Shown: positions 1-7,318 of the stretch, one piece after another
Layout: each line of letters opens with the position of its first letter
Position numbering within the stretch: position 1 is the first letter of the stretch
IMG/VR virus record: IMGVR_UViG_3300025671_000076
Location: 1-57,375 of that record
Length of the DNA stretch: 57,375 nucleotides
Strand: one strand, 5' to 3'
DNA from: a virus
Lineage: Duplodnaviria > Caudoviricetes
The notes under the pieces: generated by a model
Told to the model about the DNA's origin: nothing
The model's input: the letters and a program-made list of their open reading frames with translations, nothing else
Database searches by the model: none
Program-made: the position numbers and the translations under genes

Positions 1-75
1 TTGCTCAATGTATGCTTTACAAACTTGTTTTTGCCCTTTGTCTAATTGAGGGACTTTTTTTGTTTGTGTCGTCAT
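1..75 (-). CDS. Early hypothetical protein, truncated by the window edge (MTTQTKKVPQLDKGQKQVCKAYIEQ...)
   Basis: Read manually: ATG at 75 preceded by AAAGGA; frame open to position 1. Confidence 0.6.
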   Translation of the reverse strand, partial: MTTQTKKVPQLDKGQKQVCKAYIEQ

Positions 76-372
76 TTGTTTTTTGTCCTTTGTTAAGTGT
101 TAATCTATAAAATATAGATTTAAAAAAGAGTTTAGTTATTTTTTAATTAATTGCAAATCTTTTATTTTTTTTATTTTTACTAAAAAAAATTCTTCCATAG
201 AGCCACGCACATTAAGATTTAGACCTCAATGCGACCTAGACATCATGGCAAATTTTTTAAATTTCCAACGAACTGAACTGGCGAAATTTTCCCAGCTGGA
301 ACTGGGTGCCAGTCCTTTACGATGGAATAACGAGGAATGCAAACGTAACGACAACGAGAACGAGGAACAGCA

Positions 373-726
373 TTAGAGATAAAACCCTCTCTTCAGTCTT
401 GTGACCTCAGCATGAATTTCTGTTAGCTTTCTTTCATCGCATCTATCGATGAACTGCTTGATCTCTTCTCTTTTCTTTTTGTTAGCTTCGTACTTTCTAG
501 CTTTGTTTTCATCTTGTACTTGGAAATGTGTTTCATTTTGCTCTGCCATTTTATTTTCCTCCTTTAAATAATAATTTAATTCATTGGCTGTTCGAAAAGT
601 TTTCCATTTAAAATTCCATCCTTTAGAATTTCTGATTACCGGAATCCATTCGTTGTTTTGATAGTCTTTGACTCTGTAGTCTCTGTTACTATAGTTTTCC
701 ATTTGTAATGTTGAGTATCTAGTCAT
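373..726 (-). CDS. Early hypothetical protein
   Basis: 117-aa ORF with AAAGGAG SD and an upstream sigma70-like promoter. Confidence 0.75.
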   Translation of the reverse strand: MTRYSTLQMENYSNRDYRVKDYQNNEWIPVIRNSKGWNFKWKTFRTANELNYYLKEENKMAEQNETHFQVQDENKARKYEANKKKREEIKQFIDRCDERKLTEIHAEVTRLKRGFYL

Positions 727-751
727 TTAATAGCTCCTTTGTTTTTTTAAA

Positions 752-779
752 TTAATATCACATCTGTCTCCTGCTGCAA
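752..779 (-). promoter_or_regulatory. Sigma70-like early promoter
   Basis: TTGCAG-N16-TATTAA with TG extension, upstream of the SD of 373..726. Confidence 0.55.
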
Positions 780-1085
780 GAAAAAAATTAAGAAAGGTAG
801 AACTTATGTACGCTGCCTTCAGGATCGCTGCTGGCCAGCTCTCTAGGAAAAGCACAGCAACCACGCCATTGTTCTTCAACGAGAAACGAGATTTGCTTTA
901 GAAACTCTACCTTCTCCTGAACTGGCGTCCCAGCCCCTAAGTCAAAGAAAGAAAGGAAAACCATTGACAACCAACGAGAAACGAGGAAAGGTAATGTGAA
1001 CTGCACCAGCTTCCGTTCCCAGCTGGTGTCTGGCGCCAGTCCCTGAACTGAAAAGTACGAAGGCTTCTACGAGAAACGAGAACGA

Positions 1086-1167
1086 GGATTAGGTGAGAGG
1101 TCTAAACAGGAGCTACTCTGACAAAAGACCTCTCGCCAAATCCTGTTGCCGTCGTTAGACGGCAACA
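1086..1167 (-). ncRNA. Candidate two-hairpin small RNA / 3' UTR element with an anti-SD loop
   Basis: 10-bp hairpin at 1144-1167 plus a long stem 1086-1103/1126-1143 enclosing AGUAGCUCCUGUUU. Confidence 0.5.
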
Positions 1168-1178
1168 AGTAAATTTAA

Positions 1179-1562
1179 TTACCAACTACAGTCGTAACCA
1201 ATCTCCTTACCATTCTGTAATTGTTCCTTACACCACTTGATAAATTCTTCATCTTGGGCTTTGTACTCTTTCACCTGTTCCTCTTGAAACTGTTGTCCCC
1301 AAAAGAAACCATCAGGTGCAAAGCAATCATAATAGCCACTCTTGACCTGTTCCTCTAGCCTCTTGACTATTTCCTCAGTGATTTTTACACCACCCTCGCC
1401 ACCGTTAAAACCAAGATCGAAAGAACCGTCGCCCTTTCTATCTTTCTGTTTTTCAAACTCACCTGCGAAGAACTGTTGTAGTCTTGCGTGTTTTCTCCAA
1501 TAAAAGTTTTCATGAACTTCGCCATTGCTATCACGAAAACCTGCGTATTGATCTAGTCCCAT
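1179..1562 (-). CDS. Conserved phage early hypothetical protein (MGLDQY...YWRKH family)
   Basis: Recognisable MGLDQY, YWRKH, GFFWG and terminal Y-x-x-SW motifs; strong SD AAAGGAG. Confidence 0.85.
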   Translation of the reverse strand: MGLDQYAGFRDSNGEVHENFYWRKHARLQQFFAGEFEKQKDRKGDGSFDLGFNGGEGGVKITEEIVKRLEEQVKSGYYDCFAPDGFFWGQQFQEEQVKEYKAQDEEFIKWCKEQLQNGKEIGYDCSW

Positions 1563-1595
1563 TTTTAACTCCTTTGTTATTTGTTAAACATCACA

Positions 1596-1623
1596 GTCTT
1601 ATCATACATGGGATAATTGTCAA
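1596..1623 (-). promoter_or_regulatory. Sigma70-like early promoter with TATCCCA box
   Basis: TTGACA-N16-TAAGAC with TG extension; TATCCCA next to the -35. Confidence 0.65.
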
Positions 1624-1802
1624 ACAAAAAAATTCACCGATCCATAAAGCATTTCCTGAACTGGTGCTGGCGCCAGGCCAGACAGGTAGTTCTCTGTATC
1701 CTGGAACATCATCACGAGAAAAACAACGAGGATCCAGAGAGCGTATCCAGTTAACTCAGGATAAAGAATGGCACAGAATATGAGGATAAAGATGGCAAAC
1801 AT
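1620..1802 (-). CDS. Small membrane protein (60 aa, starts MFAIFILIF)
   Basis: ATG at 1802 after CAGGAG SD; two hydrophobic stretches; overlaps repeat motifs. Confidence 0.5.
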   Translation of the reverse strand: MFAIFILIFCAILYPELTGYALWILVVFLVMMFQDTENYLSGLAPAPVQEMLYGSVNFFV

Positions 1803-1804
1803 AT

Positions 1805-2116
1805 CTACTCCTGCTTCGAACCAGCTGCCAGCTCCTGAGCTGCAGACTCTACGGCAAACCATGAGGTCCAATTCTTAAACGAGGCAGGCGAGAAAACGTC
1901 CTTGGGAAACAAGGACCCAACGCTAACTCCTGCAGCGTCAGCGGCTTCATCTAGATATTTCCAGATCTCTTCTTCATGTTCATTATAAAACGAGGTAGTG
2001 TCATCGTAATAAATTAAACCGGCGACTCCGCCTTCACATCCATGTTGAGCTATATCTGAAATGAGGAACTGCTCATGCAGTTCCCCTTCCTTTAACCATT
2101 CTTTTATCTTCCCCAT
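1805..2116 (-). CDS. Acidic early protein (HGCxGG...LIYYxDT family), possible DNA-mimic/anti-restriction protein
   Basis: Very D/E-rich 103-aa protein in the early region; motif recalled from phage early genes. Confidence 0.75.
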   Translation of the reverse strand: MGKIKEWLKEGELHEQFLISDIAQHGCEGGVAGLIYYDDTTSFYNEHEEEIWKYLDEAADAAGVSVGSLFPKDVFSPASFKNWTSWFAVESAAQELAAGSKQE

Positions 2117-2385
2117 GTGATTCCCTCCACATCTGTCTTAAACTTAACAATGTCACGTAGCTTTAAGTGTCGAAGTTTCTGTGGCTCGTTGTCGAGTAGC
2201 CCTTGACCCTTAAGTCGGCTGCCACTAGTAATGCGTACCCACATCTTTTCCGATTGCTTTTTGTCTTTAAACCATACGTAGACGTACTCACGCATCTTCG
2301 GCATTCGCTCTAGCTGTTTAATTTTGAAATATGTTTCTTTGCCGTGTTCGGGGCATGTGTACACAATGTTACTATCTTTTACCAT
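2104..2385 (-). CDS. DUF2314/YegJ-like hypothetical protein
   Basis: E-x-MWV...G-x-LDNEP...D-x-V-x-F pattern. Confidence 0.65.
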   Translation of the reverse strand: MVKDSNIVYTCPEHGKETYFKIKQLERMPKMREYVYVWFKDKKQSEKMWVRITSGSRLKGQGLLDNEPQKLRHLKLRDIVKFKTDVEGITWGR

Positions 2386-2471
2386 GATATCACCCCCGTT
2401 AAAGTTAGAATGACAAAGACCACCGAAAGCACTGTGGCTTCGGGTATTAAGTTGATTATTTTATTTTTCAT
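2379..2471 (-). CDS. 30-aa single-TM peptide (MKNKIINLIPEATVLSVVFVILTLTGVISW)
   Basis: Manual translation; AAAGGAG SD; stop overlaps the start of the next gene. Confidence 0.65.
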   Translation of the reverse strand: MKNKIINLIPEATVLSVVFVILTLTGVISW

Positions 2472-2489
2472 TTTTAACTCCTTTGTTGT

Positions 2490-2575
2490 TGCCGAGCAGT
2501 GAGAGAGAACATAACTAGCATACTAGTATATCGATAGCCCCTCATCTCACCCTAGGCTACGCTCGTTGCTCGACA
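2490..2575 (-). ncRNA. Structured 5' leader or small RNA
   Basis: Nested stems UGUCGAGCA/UGCUCGGCA, GUGAGA-GAG/CUCUCUCAC and ACUAG/CUAGU; G-U pairs favour the minus strand; starts just after a promoter. Confidence 0.5.
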
Positions 2576-2580
2576 TTACA

Positions 2581-2609
2581 TAGATAAGACCTCGTGGGAT
2601 AAATGTCAA
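2581..2609 (-). promoter_or_regulatory. Sigma70-like early promoter with TATCCCA box
   Basis: TTGACA-N17-TATCTA; TATCCCA next to the -35. Confidence 0.6.
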
Positions 2610-2904
2610 GAACTTTTTTTAAAAATTTTTTAGTAAGATCAGATGATCCTGAGCTGGCACGCCAGCTGGGGTCTGGTACCAGCTGCTACGCTGCAGGGGG
2701 GTTGGGCTAAACGAGAAACGAGAAAACGAGAAACGAGGATTTGAAACGAGAAAACGGCCACCGAAGATTAATCCGGTGGCCGACAAAGAGGCTAAAAATA
2801 CTAAGTGAGGTTTCGCGTACAATCTCCTCATCCGGATCGGGAGCGCCAGCTTTTTCTCACAAAGACTTCTTGCAGTTACGCTTCTATCACAACGAGGATC
2901 CGTG

Positions 2905-3321
2905 TCAAGAACTATTTTTCACCAGCTGCCTCCTGAGCTCTGGCCAGGCCAGGGACGGTACGGGGTCCGGTGTTTGGTAAACGAGAACGAGGGAACGAGA
3001 AAACGAGGATGGGGACGAGGGATCCACGCCACCGGACACTCTGTAAAGTTTCAATAGCCTCTGCAAGAGGGTCTGATGCAGAATAAATATATTACCACCA
3101 TGACGTTGATATTCATAAGCCCAAGCCATTTGGAATTTGGACAGTATCGGAAACTTGTCTTCTGTTGACTTCAATTCAATCCAAAAAGACTTAGAATCTA
3201 TACACCCATGAACATCTGGAATACCTTGTACTGTTGAGCTTTCTATCCTTGTAAAATGTGCGTTTTTTATATGTTGTTTAACTCTTTGAAAGAGTAAAGA
3301 TTCGCGTTTTTTTAAAGCCAT
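2905..3321 (-). CDS. VRR-NUC / Holliday-junction-resolvase-like PD-(D/E)XK nuclease
   Basis: RIES...GIPDV...WIELK...S-x-FQ-x-AW motifs. Confidence 0.85.
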   Translation of the reverse strand: MALKKRESLLFQRVKQHIKNAHFTRIESSTVQGIPDVHGCIDSKSFWIELKSTEDKFPILSKFQMAWAYEYQRHGGNIFILHQTLLQRLLKLYRVSGGVDPSSPSSFSRSLVLVYQTPDPVPSLAWPELRRQLVKNSS

Positions 3322-3325
3322 TTAT

Positions 3326-3493
3326 TTAAGACAAGGTACACCCAAAAAAGACACCCTGAACAGTAAGATTTTCACGTAAAACATCACACACTTCAAACAA
3401 ATCCATTCCTTTTTCTACAGGAAGTTCAGATAATAATTCTTTTGTTACAGGAATTAAATAATACATTTCGTTTAAGAAAACAATGTAGTTCAT
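3326..3493 (-). CDS. Hypothetical protein (55 aa, MNYIVFLNEMYYLIPVTKE...)
   Basis: Manual translation; TAATG coupling to the upstream gene; fills the gap. Confidence 0.6.
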   Translation of the reverse strand: MNYIVFLNEMYYLIPVTKELLSELPVEKGMDLFEVCDVLRENLTVQGVFFGCTLS

Positions 3494-3816
3494 TAATGAA
3501 TTACTTTTATGGACTGTATGACTGATGTTGGAATTATAGTTGTGTTACCAATATTCTCAAAAGTTTCATCTGTTTTAGATTTGATGTAATCAGTAAATAT
3601 TCTAGTCACTCCACCTTTCTGAGATACAAGATAACCTTTAGATACACAAGTAGGTAAGTTAGATTTCAATAGAGCTTTAGTGTCAGACCACCCTGCATCA
3701 CCTTCGATATCAAACCAATGTATTTCTACAAAAGGATAGTCAGCAATATTTTTACCGAGCTTTTTAGTATTTAAAGGAATTGTTTTTCTATAAATTTTTG
3801 GTTTTCTTTTTGCCAT
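3493..3816 (-). CDS. Conserved marine phage hypothetical protein
   Basis: VEI-x-W-x-DI-x-GD-x-GW...SKG-x-L...IP pattern; GAGG SD. Confidence 0.8.
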   Translation of the reverse strand: MAKRKPKIYRKTIPLNTKKLGKNIADYPFVEIHWFDIEGDAGWSDTKALLKSNLPTCVSKGYLVSQKGGVTRIFTDYIKSKTDETFENIGNTTIIPTSVIQSIKVIH

Positions 3817-3907
3817 TTTTAACCTCTACCTTTACAGTTCCAGTTGATACAAGCAGATGTGAGTTGTGTATTTGATTGAACACAGTAACCCATTGTCCAC
3901 TATTCAC
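3788..3907 (-). CDS. Possible small hypothetical protein (GTG start)
   Basis: Open frame bridging the terS stop and the next gene. Confidence 0.3.
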   Translation of the reverse strand: MNSGQWVTVFNQIHNSHLLVSTGTVKVEVKNGKKKTKNL

Positions 3908-4397
3908 TAACTTCTTCTGGTGTAACGTTAATGATATTCTTCGCTTCACCGATTTTTGATTCGAGTTCTGCAAAGCGTTTCTCAAGTTGTTCACGAGACA
4001 TACCCTCCAAAGAATTGTTAGTAATTTCTTTTTTATCAACGTACATTCCTGCTAGTTGTCCTGAACGATACTCAGCATTAATTGCTGATGCGTATTGTTT
4101 TGATTTAGCAGCATCGTCACCGAATTTCTCGAATCTTTTAAATGACCTCAACGGATTAGCATATTTGTTTTTAGCTTCCGCAATTTTCTTTTCTAGATAT
4201 CTTACAACATGTGGATTTCTATTTGGATTAGTTAATTTAGATGCAATCGTATGTGGATCTTTAGCTACATAGCCTGCTCTCTTAGCAGCTTCTGTTTTGC
4301 TGATTAGTCCATATTCAGCAACATAAATATCTACAAACTTCCTTTGTTTAGGAGTCAAATCGTGCATCGTTTTCAACACGTTAGGTTTTCCAGCCAT
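3900..4397 (-). CDS. terS: Terminase small subunit
   Basis: LTPKQRKFV...TEAAKRAGY...ASKL HTH signature and C-terminal G-x-Y-x-DKKEI; start moved to ATG 4397 after GAGGA. Confidence 0.85.
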   Translation of the reverse strand: MAGKPNVLKTMHDLTPKQRKFVDIYVAEYGLISKTEAAKRAGYVAKDPHTIASKLTNPNRNPHVVRYLEKKIAEAKNKYANPLRSFKRFEKFGDDAAKSKQYASAINAEYRSGQLAGMYVDKKEITNNSLEGMSREQLEKRFAELESKIGEAKNIINVTPEEVSE

Positions 4398-4473
4398 GTT
4401 CTCAAATCCTCTATAAGATATTTTTAACTTAATTAAGACTGTATCCGAATTTAGGTATCTTGTCCACAAGAGT

Positions 4474-4702
4474 GACTAGTGTCACAAATGTCAGTGTATG
4501 TCACAAAATAAAAGTGTTTGTGACATCAAATAAGTAAGTAATATCAATGTAAATAGATTAAAAACAGTGTAGTGTCACAAGTGTCAGACATTCTGGGAGT
4601 ATGATTAGTGGTAAAGAGGTAAAAATATCTTATATAGAATCGTTGAAAATAAAAAATACAGTAAAATCAACAAAAAGTAGTGTCACAAAATGTGACACTA
4701 CT
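4474..4702. repeat. TGTCACA iteron cluster with 12-bp palindrome; candidate replication origin or pac region
   Basis: TGTCACA/TGTGACA at 4480, 4499, 4519, 4573, 4681 and 4691; AT-rich core 4526-4565; AGTAGTGTCACA-aaa-TGTGACACTACT at 4676-4702; non-coding. Confidence 0.75.
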
Positions 4703-4714
4703 CTAATTTAGGCC

Positions 4715-5053
4715 TCATTGTGTCGGATAATACCGTTGGCCGTCGACATAATGATAATAATTACCTGTATTGTCATAATAGGTAATGTCTTCTGGCTCTA
4801 TGTAATTTCTAGGTTTTACATGCCACAGTTTCATGCAGTTTAGAACGGTTCTAGATCTAGAACCGCCTAGCATATTCAATAAATCACTAACACTTAACTG
4901 TTTTAGCTCATACAAATTTAAACTAGGTAAATTAGCTTCTAATGTATCTAGTATCGCATTGGATTGAGCCATATCAAAAAAATGTTTAGCATCACGCAGA
5001 AACACTTTTTCGTGCTGAAGATCAACTTCAGACTTTTCTATTTTTTTGTTCAT
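4715..5053 (-). CDS. Hypothetical protein
   Basis: ORF; likely ATG start at 5053. Confidence 0.6.
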   Translation of the reverse strand: MNKKIEKSEVDLQHEKVFLRDAKHFFDMAQSNAILDTLEANLPSLNLYELKQLSVSDLLNMLGGSRSRTVLNCMKLWHVKPRNYIEPEDITYYDNTGNYYHYVDGQRYYPTQ

Positions 5054-5153
5054 ATAAATTATCTCTAATTTCACCAGATAAGTTGTCAATAATATTGTTT
5101 ATAGGACAATCTTTCATTGACTTGTTTGTTTAAACCTATAAAAATAGATATAA

Positions 5154-5969
5154 ATGATTATCAGAGATGAAAAACCAGCATTAAGAATACTATCACTAGG
5201 TGCAGGCGTTCAATCTAGCACTATGGCTTTGATGGCAGACGCTGGAGAGTTTGGAGTAAAACCTGATGCAGCAATCTTCGCTGATACGGGTTGGGAACCT
5301 AAACCAGTTCTAGATCATTTACACTATTTAAAATCAAAATTAAGTTACCCTGTATACATTACTAAAAAAGGTGACCTGGACAAAGATATCTTGAAAGCTT
5401 TGGCTCCTGGAGGCAATCAGTTCGCTTCAGCTCCGTTTTATACTTTGAATGAAAAAGGTAAAAAAGGAATGGGCCGAAGACAGTGTACAAGAGAATACAA
5501 AATAACGCCTATTGCTAAAAAAATTAGAGAAATTATGGGCTATAAACCTAGACAGAAAATGAAACCAACTCAGTGGGTTGAAGTGTGGATTGGTATATCT
5601 ATGGATGAAGTTCAACGTATGAAACCGTCTAGATTTTGGTGGCAAGAAAATAAATGGCCTTTGTTAGATAAAAAAATGACAAGAGACGATTGTCTAAAAT
5701 GGTATGAAGGTAAAGGATTTAACGTACCAGTTAAGTCAGCTTGTATTGGTTGTCCGTTTCATGATGATAGATTTTGGATTGACATGAGAGATAATAGACC
5801 TGATGAATTTGCAGAGGCGGTGTATTTCGATAAAGAGATGAGAAAACATAATCCTAAAATTAAAAATTTCGTACATAGATCCTGTGTGCCTTTAGATGAA
5901 GTTAAATTTAAAAATGATGATCAGGGTGATTTATTTAACCAAGAGTGCGAAGGTATGTGTGGACTGTAG
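5154..5969 (+). CDS. PAPS-reductase/DndC-like PP-loop protein with Cys motifs (putative Fe-S)
   Basis: LSLGAGVQSS PP-loop, FADTGWE, RQCT...KI-x-PI, IGIS-x-DE-x-x-R, KSACIGCPFH and terminal CEGMC. Confidence 0.85.
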   Translation: MIIRDEKPALRILSLGAGVQSSTMALMADAGEFGVKPDAAIFADTGWEPKPVLDHLHYLKSKLSYPVYITKKGDLDKDILKALAPGGNQFASAPFYTLNEKGKKGMGRRQCTREYKITPIAKKIREIMGYKPRQKMKPTQWVEVWIGISMDEVQRMKPSRFWWQENKWPLLDKKMTRDDCLKWYEGKGFNVPVKSACIGCPFHDDRFWIDMRDNRPDEFAEAVYFDKEMRKHNPKIKNFVHRSCVPLDEVKFKNDDQGDLFNQECEGMCGL

Positions 5970-6110
5970 ACTGGTGTCCTGTGGCCGTTGTTCCTTATCC
6001 TTTTTCTTTTCTTCAGTATAATCTTTACATCGATCCGTTTCATAGTCCTTACGTTTTCTTAACTTCTCTAAATATTTTTCGAACCGAAGTATATCGTCAA
6101 GTGTCATCAT
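5931..6110 (-). CDS. Possible small leaderless hypothetical protein (59 aa)
   Basis: ATG at 6110, 7 nt below TTTACC-N17-TATTCT. Confidence 0.4.
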   Translation of the reverse strand: MMTLDDILRFEKYLEKLRKRKDYETDRCKDYTEEKKKDKEQRPQDTSLQSTHTFALLVK

Positions 6111-6175
6111 ATTAATTAGAATACTTTCTTTTTATCTTACGGTAAAGGTGTTTAAAAAATTTTCTATCTAAGGAT

Positions 6176-6607
6176 TTAATCGGTGCAGCTAAATATAGCT
6201 TGCCGCAGTTCATTAATAGTTTTCGTATGCTTCCTGCGTTCATCTCTATCTTTAGCTTTTCTAAGTTTTTCATATTCCTTAGTGTATTTTATATTCAAAT
6301 TTTGCTTTTTAGTAAAGAAAATATTTCCTCTCTCAAGAGCTTCTAAATACTTCATTCTTACGTATTTCGGATCCATTTCGGCCTGGAAACATACAAATTT
6401 AAAATCCTCACTGTTATTACAGAACCAGTCGTGAGCTTCACCTTTCAATACCGACTCCGTTCTATTCTGATTCGTAATCATAACATCTTCTAAGGCCATT
6501 GATATGACTGCTCGCCATATTCTAATTTCTGGATCTGGTGTGTTTTCAATTAGCTTTTCAGCTATTACTAAACCCATAACTTTTAAAACTTTTGTTGATA
6601 TATTCAT
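6176..6607 (-). CDS. Conserved phage hypothetical protein (possible transcription regulator)
   Basis: PE-x-R-x-WRAVI...A-x-x-WF...DF-x-x-VC-x-x-A-x-MDP pattern; GGAG SD. Confidence 0.75.
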   Translation of the reverse strand: MNISTKVLKVMGLVIAEKLIENTPDPEIRIWRAVISMALEDVMITNQNRTESVLKGEAHDWFCNNSEDFKFVCFQAEMDPKYVRMKYLEALERGNIFFTKKQNLNIKYTKEYEKLRKAKDRDERRKHTKTINELRQAIFSCTD

Positions 6608-6658
6608 GTAGCTCCATATCGCTACGAATATGTCTTTTTAATTTCAATGTCAAGAATA

Positions 6659-6691
6659 AGGGGTAGCGCTAGTCTCCCATGCCCTACCCCT
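6659..6691 (-). terminator. GC-rich hairpin, putative terminator
   Basis: AGGGGTAG-x-GC/GC-x-CTACCCCT stem followed by UAUUCUU on the minus strand. Confidence 0.5.
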
Positions 6692-6726
6692 AAGAAAGGA
6701 GTTGATTAATGAAAACAAAATTTCAA

Positions 6727-6975
6727 TCAACGTTTTAATTTTAAATTAATTACATTGCCCTGTAAAGTCTTTTTATACCGTTTTTTGCGGTGTTCTTTCT
6801 TAATTTTTATAGCTAAATTAACAAATTCAAAGCCGTCAGGAGACATCCCAAACTGGTGTCCTACAAATAATAAACTCATCACAGAGGTCACTTTAGAATA
6901 TTCTACAGGATCTAGATTTTCTGCTAATATTTCTAATGCGTTATCCAGTTGATTTTTTGTGGTTCTTTTGCTCAT
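6727..6975 (-). CDS. Hypothetical protein
   Basis: ORF with GGAG SD in a tightly packed operon. Confidence 0.7.
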   Translation of the reverse strand: MSKRTTKNQLDNALEILAENLDPVEYSKVTSVMSLLFVGHQFGMSPDGFEFVNLAIKIKKEHRKKRYKKTLQGNVINLKLKR

Positions 6976-7318
6976 AAGATCTCTCCATTTTTTTATCGAT
7001 TAGCTTATCTATTACTTGTCTCTTCCTCACTCTTAAATATCTTCGCTTAACATAGTTCAATATTTTCTGTGCCATTTCATATTGTCCATGTCTGGTAATT
7101 GTATTTTTCCAACTTGGTCTAACTTTAGCTCGGTTAAAACAAAATGCGTCTCGTTGAGAAGTTTGTTCTAATCGAAGTTCAATACCTTTACGTTCATTTG
7201 GATACATTACCCAAGGTGTTTCAAAATAAGTATCTCGTATTTCTGGATGAACGTTAGTACGATCTAACCACTTCGCTATTCTTTTTGCGTTTTGTATTTT
7301 TAAAAATTTTTTAATCAT
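6941..7318 (-). CDS. Basic hypothetical protein
   Basis: ORF; probable start ATG 7318 overlapping the previous stop. Confidence 0.65.
   Translation of the reverse strand: MIKKFLKIQNAKRIAKWLDRTNVHPEIRDTYFETPWVMYPNERKGIELRLEQTSQRDAFCFNRAKVRPSWKNTITRHGQYEMAQKILNYVKRRYLRVRKRQVIDKLIDKKMERSYEQKNHKKSTG

Larger units (their letters stand above)
270..3040 (+). repeat. Dispersed bipartite repeat field: CCTGARCTG/CCAGCT clusters followed by (A)AACGAG arrays
   Basis: CTGARCT-type motifs at about 272, 916, 1042, 1655, 1834, 2648 and 2932; more than 20 AACGAG-type copies at about 329-364, 878-890, 974-985, 1068-1086, 1713-1730, 1878, 1989, 2710-2750, 2891 and 2980-3020. Confidence 0.9.

Noticed and set aside
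788-1006. ORFs 788..1006, 1484..1783, 2619..2831 and 2741..2980
   Set aside because: Their sequences are translations of the repeat motifs, lack convincing SD/starts, or oppose better genes
270-3040. Left-end repeats as a CRISPR array
   Set aside because: Repeats are 6-10 nt, degenerate and irregularly spaced; there is no 25-40 nt direct repeat with unique spacers and no cas operon
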